From assembly GCF_009914755.1 (NCBI RefSeq), contig NC_060939.1: a stretch of 64,000 bases of DNA, one strand, 5' to 3'. The position numbers and the translations under genes are program-made. Source of the stretch: the human T2T-CHM13v2.0 reference genome, Homo sapiens. This document shows positions 41,501 to 64,000 of the stretch, piece by piece (position 1 is the first letter of the stretch; each line of letters opens with the position of its first letter). Under the pieces are notes generated by a model. The model saw nothing but the letters and a program-made list of their open reading frames with translations, did not search any database and had not been told where the DNA came from.

Positions 41501-41959
41501 AGAGGCAGGAAGGAATTGGGGCATGAAGTAGTGAGGACACAGGGAAAGGGGCTGTATGAGGGGGGAAACAGCGTAGGGGACAGGGCGAAGGGAGAAAAAG
41601 CTGAGAAGAGGGTGGGAACCCCAGGGTGGGGCCAGAGTCAGAGGAGGGGAGCACAGGGCTCAACTTCAGAAAGGCTGGTAAATTTTAAAGTAGAGCATCA
41701 GTGGTGCACACCACACAATGGTTAGAAAAGTGGAGTCAGTGAAGACGTTGTGTTAAAGGAGCTGGGTGCCAGCCATACACAGAGTAGGGGGGCATTTATT
41801 TCCGTGTGTGTTTATAGATGTAAATGTATTTTTAAAATATCTGCAAGAAAACAGCACACTGACCTCTTGTTACCGCATGAAGTTTTCATTACCTTCTTTA
41901 AGAAAAGGACAATTAAATATGAATACAGAGTCTTGGAGCAGCTTGCATAAATGAGCTAC

Positions 41960-42160
41960 TGACCCTGAAGCTTCAGCTTCTATTAGCTTCTTTCTGCCTC
42001 TGTGTGACCTTGGACAATTTACTTAACCCATTTGCTTTGGCTTTGTCATCTGTAAAATGGGGCTAATTATAGTAATCTACCTCACAGAGTGATTATGAGA
42101 CACAGCCGTCTTGGAACCTTGGCTGCTAAGTTCTCAGGAAATGTTGGCTGTTATTATTTT
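41960..42160 (+). mobile_element. MIR
   Basis: TGTGTGACCTTGGACAATTTACTTAAC...CATCTGTAAAATGGGGCTAATTATAGTAATCTACCTCACAGAG, the MIR core. Confidence 0.75.
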
Positions 42161-42590
42161 TCATATATTATTTGTGAATTTAAAAAAATTGTAAAGGGAT
42201 TGGGGGAAAGAAAACTGGTGAAAAGGAAAAGAAATTGGGAAAGACTCAGAAATAATAGCAGTTTTCACTCACAGTGAACTGGTGAGTGGCAAGCTAGACT
42301 CCTTTCACCCTGGGAGGAGGTGTTGGGGTAGCTGGGCTAGAGGCCAAGCCTAGCCAATACATATCTGTTAAGGTTCCCTGGGACCTTTCCAGCAGCACAC
42401 CCTACTTCCTGTGGACAAATCTCTCATGTTCACACTGGAGGGGGATCGCTGGTACAGCCCCTCTCCTCTGTCTCTTGTTGCAGGAGGAGGATGAGGAGCT
42501 CTTAAAACCCCTGATCCTAGTCCCAGCCTCTTTGGGCAGGGTCTTGGGAGCATGCAAGTAGAGTCAGGAATTAGAAAGTTAGCAGGGCCA

Positions 42591-42933
<343 letters not shown>

Positions 42934-43923
42934 TCAGATTTAGCAGGCACCCACCGAGTGCCCAGCATTGGGTCAGATGTGTTTAATCTCCACACTCTTC
43001 TTTCCAGGAAGGTATCATCATTGTTTGACAGATGTGAAACTGAGACCCAGAGAGGTTAAATAACTTGCCTTATGTACCACAGCTAGAAAGAAGCAACCAC
43101 AGATGTTTGAACTCAGAGTTCTGACTCCCTTTACTATCTCAGCCGAATGTATGAGAAAAATAAACTTTTAAGTGACTCAAACTGCCCAAAGGGGTTAGCT
43201 TTGGGAGATGAGGGTGTTCCATAGTGGAAAAGATGTGTTGGTGATCTGTTGCTGCATAAAAATTACCCCACAGCTCAGCAGCTTAAAACAGCAAACATTT
43301 GGCCAGGTGCAGTGGCTCCAGGAAGTTTAGACTGCAGTAAGCTGTGATTGTACCACTGCATTCCAGCCTGGGCAACAGAGCGAGACACTGTCTCAAAACA
43401 AACAAACAAAAAAAAACCCAACAACAATCATTTATTATTGTGAGATCACACAATTTCTGAGGGTCAGAAATCCAAGAACAGCTTGAAGAGGTCTCATCTA
43501 GCTCAGGGTCTGTCATGAGGCTGCAGTCAAGATGTCAGCTGGGCATGGAGGATCTACTCCCAAACTTACTTCACATATCTGTAGGGCAGCTGGCTTCCCC
43601 TAGAGCAAGTGATCAGAAAGAGACAAAGAAAGAGAGGGACAGAGAAAATAAGCAGGAAGCTGCAGTGCCTGTTATGGGCCAGCCTCCTCTGAAGTTGCAC
43701 GCCATCATTTCCAGTTTATTATATTAGTTGGAAGGTAGCCCAGCCTACATTCAAAAGGAGGGGTTTCAGACTTCATTTCCTGAAGGGAAGGGTATCAAAG
43801 AACTGTAGGCATTTCAAAAATCACAACAGAGCCGGGCGCGGTGGCTCACGCCTGTAATCCCAGAACTTTGGGAGGCTAAGGCGGGTGGATCACAAGGTCA
43901 GGAGATCGAGACCATCCTGGCTA

Positions 43924-44178
<255 letters not shown>

Positions 44179-45662
44179 TCAACATATTGAAGCAAACACG
44201 TGGAAAGAACACTGACCTTGAATCAGGAGAGCTAGGTTTATTTCCCGGCATACAGCAAGCACTTAATAGATGTTTAAGTGAATGCATGATTGACAATTTT
44301 TCTGAGATTGTTTTCACAGACGTAACAGCAGTTACCACCCCACATGCTCTCCTGAGGATTGAGTGGGATTATGGGTATCAGAGCTCTCTGTAAATGTAAT
44401 AGTGCTGGTTGATGATGCCTGGAAGTGAATGTGGTCTGGGAGACAGGGAGAGGGCTCTGCCATACAAGAGCCTCTGCCCAGGCCAGGCATCTCTTCTGTC
44501 AGACTGAGTCCCAGGCCCTGGGGTAGTGCTCTGATTCCAGCTCTCCTTCTCAGCTCTCTATCTCACCCTCGGTCCAACCTCCTCACCATGGCTCAGCTCT
44601 AGGTATTGCTTTTCTCCTTCAGCCAGTCAGGACAGGACCCAGGAGACTTACCATTGGCCAAGCCTCTTGCCTGCAGGCCACTCTACCTCTTGTGCTGGCT
44701 CTGGCCCCACAGATGGGGAATGGGGGTTTGCATTGCAGACCCAGTGAGTGATGCCATTTGAGGACAAGAACCATTAATCTTGCATGAAATTCAATTGCTC
44801 TCCTAGCAGATAGGCCAAGTCACTGGAGTCCTGAGAGGAAGAGGGGTGTGTGGGGCCTAGAATGAATGAGGAGTGGTGTCTGTGGAAGGGGAAAGGAGAG
44901 GAGAGGCAAAAGCATCCATGGGACCTCCTTCTCGTTCTCCTTAAGACGGGATGCTGCCACTAGTTCCCCTATCTTCCTTCCAGACTCTAGAGGCAAGTGC
45001 AGCGAAAAGCCACTCACCTGGGCAACATTAGTGTTCCCAGGAGAGCTCCTATTCCTGAAAGACTTCCCAAGAGCCTGCTGTGATGCCCAGAATCCTCCAT
45101 TATTGCTTCCCCCCTTAGGATCAGTTTTGTCCTCTGAAGATAAGGTCCCTCCAAAATGGGAATTGGTCAAAACAAAATAATCCGGATGCTTGAGAACGTT
45201 GGGATGGGAGGAAGATATAGAGCTGATAAAGTGAGGAATCATTATCAATTACAGCTGACATTTAGTTAGCACGTACTATGTGCCAGACACTATCCTAAGC
45301 ACTTTACATGTACAAACTCATCACATACAACAAGCACTATGAGGTAGCTGCTACCCACTTCATACGTAAATTAGAGCCAGATCCAGAGACAGATGGTCTG
45401 GCTCCAGTGTCTGCTCTTAACCATGGCACTAGACCATTGCAGGAGGAAGGGAAGGCAGGGCAGAAAGCCACCAGCTATCAAGACCTCCCTGGCTATCCAT
45501 AATGAAGGGCACAGCACTCCAGGGCGTGTTCTGCTTTGCATTTGCCTGGTGTGGAAGGCATCAGGGCTGGTCCTTCTCCAGCACTGACCTGGGGCAGAGA
45601 TAGGGAGCTTGGTTGGGTCTGCTTCCCTAGAAATATATCATATGCCCTTCAGGGTGCACTGA

Positions 45663-45893
<231 letters not shown>

Positions 45894-46174
45894 TGATCCA
45901 CCTGCCTCGGCCTCCCAAAGTGCTGGGATTACAGGTGTGAGCCACTTCGCCCGACCGAGGTTTTTGTTTACAACTCAGAAAATGCTTGCCCATCTGACAC
46001 CCAGAAGCAGCTAATGGGGTGGTTACGAGTTTGGACTCTAGAGCTCCACTGCCTGTGTTGGAATCCCAGGTCTGCCACTTACCAGCTGTGCCCTTGGTCA
46101 AGCTATGGAACGTCTCTGTGCCTCGATTTCTTTCCCTGTGAAATAGAAACAATGACAATAGTACTTATCTCTTA

Positions 46175-46543
<369 letters not shown>

Positions 46544-47610
46544 TTATACCCCAGTACTTCCATGGAGTTGTCACCCCAGATTTCAGAGATAGGCTAAATC
46601 CCTTGTCTATAGATTCAGCTACTGAGCATTAAAGCTTGTAGGGAAACCCGTGGTGGTGGGGGGATGGGGTAAAAAAACACAGGGAGGCAGAAGGGGGATG
46701 TTGACTTCCATGTGGCAGCCAGCACTGCTGGGCCTCAGCTGTTCATTGACAGGCAGGACTGCAGGCCCAGTGGTTTTATTTTGATTGTGTGTGATTGAAC
46801 ATTTTCTGCTTCATTTCAATGAGAGTTGTCTGTGTCAGCTTTTCTGAATGTTACATAGATAGAACCCTTCTTCCTTCACATCCGGTTGAGTCAGGCTCAT
46901 GACAAACAATGTAATTTCCTTGCTGTAGAGTCCCCTAGGGTCTGGAGTACTGGGAAGAAGCCAGGAAATTGTTCCCTTTTTCCTGGGTCACCTCTCTTCC
47001 TGACAGTTGTTCCTTTCCCACCTTCCCATGGTGGTGAGAGTGGAAACAGCATTTTTCACATGCTACCCTTGATACCTCCATCCCCCAGCCTGCCAGCCTG
47101 GAACAGAGCCCCCAAATCAAGCTGGATGAATTGGGGTTCCTCTCAATTCCAGGAGACACTTAGTCAAATTCCCTTTATGGCCACGAGGATAATTACAACC
47201 AGATAATTGTCTTCCTTCTCTTGAACGAACGATGAAGTAAATCAAGTGTGCCTGCCTTCTACTCTGAAGTAAATCACAAAGCACCCTGTATGTATTCTCC
47301 CAGAAGATAAATTTTATACATTTCAACAAGGAAAGAGAACATATTTTGTTTGCAAAATTCCTGGGAGAACTCTCTATCTCTCTCTGCCCAGAAATTATGT
47401 GTACCTGCTGATGAATGACCTGCCTGATGAACCTGCCTTGGGAAAGATAATAGAGTTATGATTGGATGTCACCAGCTCTCATCATTTCTGCTGTGGGAGA
47501 AGTCACAGGAGCAGGCAGAACTCTTCCCTCTGATGAAGCAGTTGTCTTCTTGTAACCACAGATCTTCTTCGTTCACTGGGGTTGTGGGCACACCTTTAAG
47601 ATTCTGCCCT

Positions 47611-54600
<6,990 letters not shown>

Positions 54601-54649
54601 TAATAATAAAGCGAAGCATTAATTCAATGAAATCATCAATAGCCTTTCA

Positions 54650-55146
54650 AAGTATACCCAGAACTTGAGCACTCCTCCCTCCTCCGGCCTCATTCCCCAC
54701 ACCTTTCCCATCATCCATTCTGCCTGAGCCGCACCAGCTTCCTTGCGTTCCCTCAAATGTGATGAACACGCTTCTGCAGGGCCTTTGCGCTGGCTGCTCC
54801 TTCCACTAGGAATGTGGGTCCCCCTGGTATTTCCCTGACTGTCTCCCTTGTAGCCTTCAGTCTCTGCTCAGATGTCTCCTGCTCAGAGAGCCCACCCGAC
54901 CATCCTAATATAACAGTCCCCTCCTTCCATCTCTTTTCCTTTCTTTGGTTTTCTTTTTCTTCATGGCATTTACCATCATCTGGCATAACTGTAATTGCTT
55001 ATTGTTTATTATCTGTCTCCTCCCACTAGAATGTCAGCTGTCCAGGAGGATAGGGACCTTGTTTTGTTCCTAGCTTCATTTCCAGCACCCAGAACGTGTC
55101 TGGTACTCAGTAAGTGCTCAAATCAATGTTTGTGGAGTGAATGAAG
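54650..55146 (+). mobile_element. L2 3' end
   Basis: CTAGAATGTCAGCTG...GGTACTCAGTAAGTGCTCAAATCAATGTTTGTGGAGTGAATGAA. Confidence 0.75.
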
Positions 55147-55203
55147 GATAGGCTTCTTTGGGTGAGAAAAGTCAGTAACCCATGCCTAGGACATGATCTA
55201 GAA

Positions 55204-56750
<1,547 letters not shown>

Positions 56751-57010
56751 TAATCCTAGCACTTTGGGAGGCTGAGGCAGGCAGATGCTTGAGGCCAGGA
56801 GTTAAAGAGCAGCCTGGGCGACAAAGTAAGACCTCGTCTCTACAAAAAAATACAAAAATTAACCGAGTGTGATGGTTCACGCCTGTGGTCCAAGCTACTA
56901 GGAAGGCTGAAGTGGGAGGATTGCTTGAACCCAGAAGATCAAGGCTGCAGTGAGCCGTGATCATGTCACTGTACTCCAGCCAGCCTGGGCAACAGAGCAA
57001 GACCCTGTCT

Positions 57011-57055
<45 letters not shown>

Positions 57056-57131
57056 AGAAAAAAAAACCTCCACAAAAACAAAACAAAAATGAATGAATTA
57101 ATAATAAATATTTCTGCGGGGTGGTGGCTCA

Positions 57132-57416
<285 letters not shown>

Positions 57417-57530
57417 CTACTTGGAAGGCTGAAGCCTGAGAATCACTTTAACTCTGGAGGCAGAGGTTGCAGTGAGCCGAGATCACGCCACTGCACTCCA
57501 ACCTGGGTGACAGAGCAAGACCCTGTCTCA

Positions 57531-57786
<256 letters not shown>

Positions 57787-58015
57787 CTATTCCAGCCTGG
57801 GCAATAGAGTGAGACTCTGTCTAAAAAATATATATAAAAGAGGTGAGGATTGAAAGGAGGCTGAGAGACTCGGACCCAGGGAAGAGTTGATGTATGCAAA
57901 GGAGTCCAACAACACGATGCCTGTGCACTCATTGAGGAATAATCTCAGTGCAGCAATCTCTCGGTTCAGAGATGACCAAAAATGCTCCAGGAACAGTCAT
58001 GCTTAATATTGACTG

Positions 58016-58430
<415 letters not shown>

Positions 58431-58431
58431 C

Positions 58432-59462
58432 AAATATATATATATAATATTATATATAACATAGATAACATATAATATTATATATAACATAGATAACATA
58501 TAATATTATATATAACATAGATAACATATAATATTATGTATAACATAGATAACATATAATATTATATATAACATAGATAACATATAATATTATATATAAC
58601 ATAGATAACATATATTATATATAACATAGATAACATATAATATTATATATAACATAGATAACATATAATATTATATATAACATAGATAACATATAATATT
58701 ATATATAACATAGATAACATATAATATTATATATAACATAGATAACATATAATATTATATATAACATAGATAACATATAATATATATAACAGATAACATA
58801 TAATATATATAACATATATAACATATAATATATATAACATATATAACATATAATATATATAACATATAACATAATATTATATATCATATAACATATATAA
58901 CATATATAATATTATATATAACATATAATATTATATATAACATATATAATATATATAACATATATAATATATATAACATATATAATATATATAACATATA
59001 ATATATATAACATATATAACATATATAATATATATAACATATATAATATATAACATATATAATATTATATATAACATATATAATATATATAACATATATA
59101 ATATATAACATATATAATATTATATATAACATATATAATATATATAACATATATAATATTATATATAACATATATAATATTATATATAACATATATAATA
59201 TATATAACATATATAATATTATATATAACATATATAATATATATAACATATATAATATATATAACATATATAATATATATAACATATATAATATATATAA
59301 CATATATAATATTATATATAACATATATAATATATATAACATATATAATATATAACACATTATATATGTTATATAATATTATATAACATATATAATATAT
59401 AACACATTATATATGTTATATATATTATATATAACATATATAATATGTATATTTTATATATA
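58432..59462. repeat. AT-rich minisatellite / low-complexity tandem array
   Basis: 28-bp unit ATAGATAACATATAATATTATATATAAC to ~58800, then shorter G-less units such as ATAATATATATAACATAT. Confidence 0.95.
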
Positions 59463-60771
59463 TCTTTCTCCCCCACAAGAACACATATTCAAAGAGTAAG
59501 TTGCATGTAATAATAATAGAATACAGCATCCAGATCCTTGAAATAAAAAAATGAAAAATATAACACTGGTGAATATTAGCTTCAGTTTCTAAAATTGAAA
59601 GCCAAGCAGGGAAAGTAAATTTTTTTTCTTATTAAAGTATGAAGGTCACAAAATTAACAACTCACAAAAGAGAGGCTGATGTATAGCCAATTAGCGCACA
59701 AGAGACAGATGGATAAACCAGACACAAACTGTTAAAGGGCCTGGCAATCACATCCTCTGAGTGATTACAGACCTAGGCAAGGGCCATGGGAGGCCACGTA
59801 ACGACCAGAGTTATGACTAATGGATCTTGAGTCAGAATGGGAGAGCTAGTTTTATATTTTCTAAATACCATTTCTGCTCACGTTAGCTAGAGGTGGCTTC
59901 TTCACATTTAATAACCAAGAACTCTGATTTATCAAACAATCTTTAGCACATGGTGGGTACTTACTGCCTTGGGAATGGCTGAAATATTCCAGGCGTAGGA
60001 GTTAAAGAATGACTTGGGTGAACAGAGGGATAACAGTTTTTTGTGTTTCTATTGGGAGATGCTTGAAGGATGAATAAAAGAAACAAGGAGAAGTTGATAG
60101 CACTGAGGAAAAAGGGTAATTGATAGATCAAAACCCCTGAGGAGATAAGAAGTGATGAGAATCAGAGCACAGTTGTGGGGCTGGCCTGAGCCTGTGAGGA
60201 GGGAGTGGAGACATCTCTTCCTCTGAGACAGGTAGGAAGGAGGAAGGGATACAGGAGTACATTAGTAAATGCATCTCCCTGAAGAGGTTGAGGTTGCCTG
60301 CAGAGAGTGAACAGAATGGGCAATACTGGGGAAGAATTATCCCTAGCGGGCTTTTTGCAGGTTCCACATTGAAGGACAGTAGGTGATAGGAGTTTATTAA
60401 GAGGATGCATAGGGTACAATGTGGAATACAATAATGAATCATTATTCATTTATTTTGTTTGTTTTAAAGCCCTGAGCTTAATTTTCTATATTAATTCATT
60501 CAAAATATTAATTGTCTGTATCACATGACAGGCATTGTTGTGGGTGCTGGGGATATGGCAGTGAACAGCACAAAAGTTGTTTCTGCTTGTGGAGGTCACA
60601 TTTCAGTGAGACGAAAACAACAAAGTGTGTGTGTGCATCCCTGCCCCCCCTCCCCCACCGTGGCACTGAGTCACCCGGGGAGCTGAACTCTCCTTTGCCT
60701 CTACAGCCAGCACATGAAATGCAGCTCAAAGCCACTTGAAAGCACTCACTTGGTAACAGGCCGCTCCCTAG

Positions 60772-61590
60772 TGTGGCAGACACCACTGGTGCCCTACTCA
60801 GCATCCATTCTCCTTTTCTTCCTTACTAATACAACCCTGATTTTATTGGCAGAGGCAATGTGTCCAGCTAAAAGGTATTTTCCAGCCTTCCATGCCAAAT
60901 AGGAGTGACTGTATGACAGTTTAGGCCAATGGGAGATAAACAGAAATGGTTGGATAGGGCTTTTTGGAGCTAATTAAATGGGGATGCAGACTCGGCTGGC
61001 ATGCCCATTGTCCCTTTGCCCTTCCTTCTTCCAGCTTCTTGCAATGCAGCCATGATGGCTGGAGTTGAGAAGCCCTCTCAAAACTCTTGAGGGCAGCTGG
61101 GCACAGTGGCTCACACCTGTAATCCCAGTGCTTTGGGAGGCCGTGGCGAGCTGATTGCTTGAGCTCAGGAGTCTGAGACCATCCTGGGCAAAATGGTGAA
61201 ACCCGGTCTCTACAAAAAATACAAAAATTAGCCGAGCTTGGTGGCATGAGCATGTAGTCCCAGCTACTTGGGGTGTTGAGGTGGAAGAATCGCTTGATGC
61301 CTGGGAGGTGGAGGTTGCAGTGAGCCGAGATCACGCCACTGCACTCCAGCCTGGATGACAGAGTGAGACTCTGTCTCCCCGCGCCCCCACCGCCCCCCCA
61401 AAAAAAACTTCTCAGGAAAAGGCCAAGAGAATTTCAGAGACCTCTACCCTGTATCTTAAAGTCACTGAGCCAAGTCACTTATTTGGATTTCTCATTATGT
61501 GAGAACAAGCAGAGGTATCTTGTTTAAGGCATTGCTATTTAATATTTGCATTTTCTGTTATATGCAGCCAAGCTTAAGCCATACTTGAGA
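60772..61590. mobile_element. MaLR LTR (MLT1I/J-like) split by an Alu
   Basis: TGTGGCAGACAC...CATCCATTCTCCTTTTCTTCCTTACTAATACAACCCTGATTTT... Confidence 0.55.
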
Positions 61591-61617
61591 TGCAAAGAAT
61601 CAGCCGTGTTTGTTACC

Positions 61618-62524
<907 letters not shown>

Positions 62525-63015
62525 TCCCCAAATCTGTTTATGCCTGTTGCAGGTGCTACTGTAATTACATAATTTAACTAAGCCATAACTAAACCATAGA
62601 AATATGGACACAGAAGGAAAGTGAGTTGTTATTTCTATGAAAACCAAGTAGACTGCTTTAGAAAGTTTTGAAAAGGGTATTTGCTTAAAAGAAAAAAAAA
62701 AGCTGTTCACAAAAAGACAAACGAGGTCTTTTTACAAAAAGACAAATAAGGGTGTGGTGGCTCATTCCTGTAATCCTAAGACTTTGGGAGGCTGAAGCGG
62801 GCAGATCATTTAAGCTAAGGAGTTCAAGACCAGCCTGGGCAACATGGCGAAACCCCATCTCCACAAAAATACAAAAATTTGCTGGGTGTGGTGGAGTGAG
62901 CATGTAGTCCCAGCTACTCAGGAGGCTGGGGTGTGAGGATCGCTTGAGCCCAGGAGATTTCAGCTGCAGTGAGCCGTGATTGTGCTACTGCACTCCAGCC
63001 TGGGCAACAGTGCAA

Positions 63016-63165
63016 GGGACTGGAGGGAGGGAGAAATGGGAGTTGTTTAATGGATATGGAGTTTCAGTTTTGCAGGATGAAAAAGTTGTGGAGATCTGTT
63101 GTAAAACAATGTGAATATACTTAATACTACTGAATCATACACTTAAAAATGGTTAAGATGGTACG
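63016..63165 (+). mobile_element. L1MB-type 3' fragment
   Basis: GAAATGGGAGTTGTTTAATGGATATGGAGTTTCAGTTTTGCAGGATGAAAAAG...CACTTAAAAATGGTTAAGATGG. Confidence 0.75.
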
Positions 63166-63306
63166 TTTGGCACACCTGTACTCTCAGCACTTTGGAAGGA
63201 TAAGGCAGGAGCTCAGGAGTTTGAGACCAGCCTGGGCAACCTGCAGTGAGCCATGATAATGCCTCTACACTCCAGCCTGGGCAACAAGAGCAAGACCCTG
63301 TCTTTA

Positions 63307-63693
<387 letters not shown>

Positions 63694-63727
63694 TCACGAG
63701 GTCAGGAGATCGACACTATCTTGGCTA

Positions 63728-64000
<273 letters not shown>

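Noticed and set aside
58699-59360. Tyr/Ile/Met-rich ORFs
   Set aside because: Translations of the AT-rich minisatellite
58432-59462. CRISPR-like repeat array
   Set aside because: No unique spacers, and the context is eukaryotic; a simple tandem repeat

Overview
Human (primate) genomic DNA, very Alu-rich. From the encoded proteins I recognise it as the 15q24 COX5A-RPP25 interval; from recall SCAMP5 lies downstream on the + strand, but none of its coding sequence is visible here. The window holds the complete 5-exon COX5A gene (- strand, 150 aa, all introns GT-AG, last exon non-coding in the canonical form) and the intronless RPP25 gene (- strand, 199 aa, Alba-fold RNase P/MRP subunit) inside a CpG island. 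It also has a second CpG-rich block, a 5'-truncated processed RPL15 pseudogene that the ORF track misses, a ~1 kb AT-rich minisatellite, and many Alu, MIR, L2, L1, MaLR/ERV LTR and hAT remnants. Nearly all other ORFs in the track are Alu-derived or GC-rich shadow ORFs. I see no support for a wholly new gene system. The best leads are regulatory: (i) an in-frame 40-codon ORF starting at the first base of COX5A exon 5, giving a 153-aa alternative-C-terminus isoform if exon 4 is skipped; (ii) a uORF, an overlapping uORF and a possible GTG N-terminal extension in the RPP25 leader; (iii) a homeobox/TALE-motif-dense element at ~41.2 kb; (iv) inverted AluY pairs around COX5A exons 2-3. Repeat family names are by eye and their coordinates are approximate.
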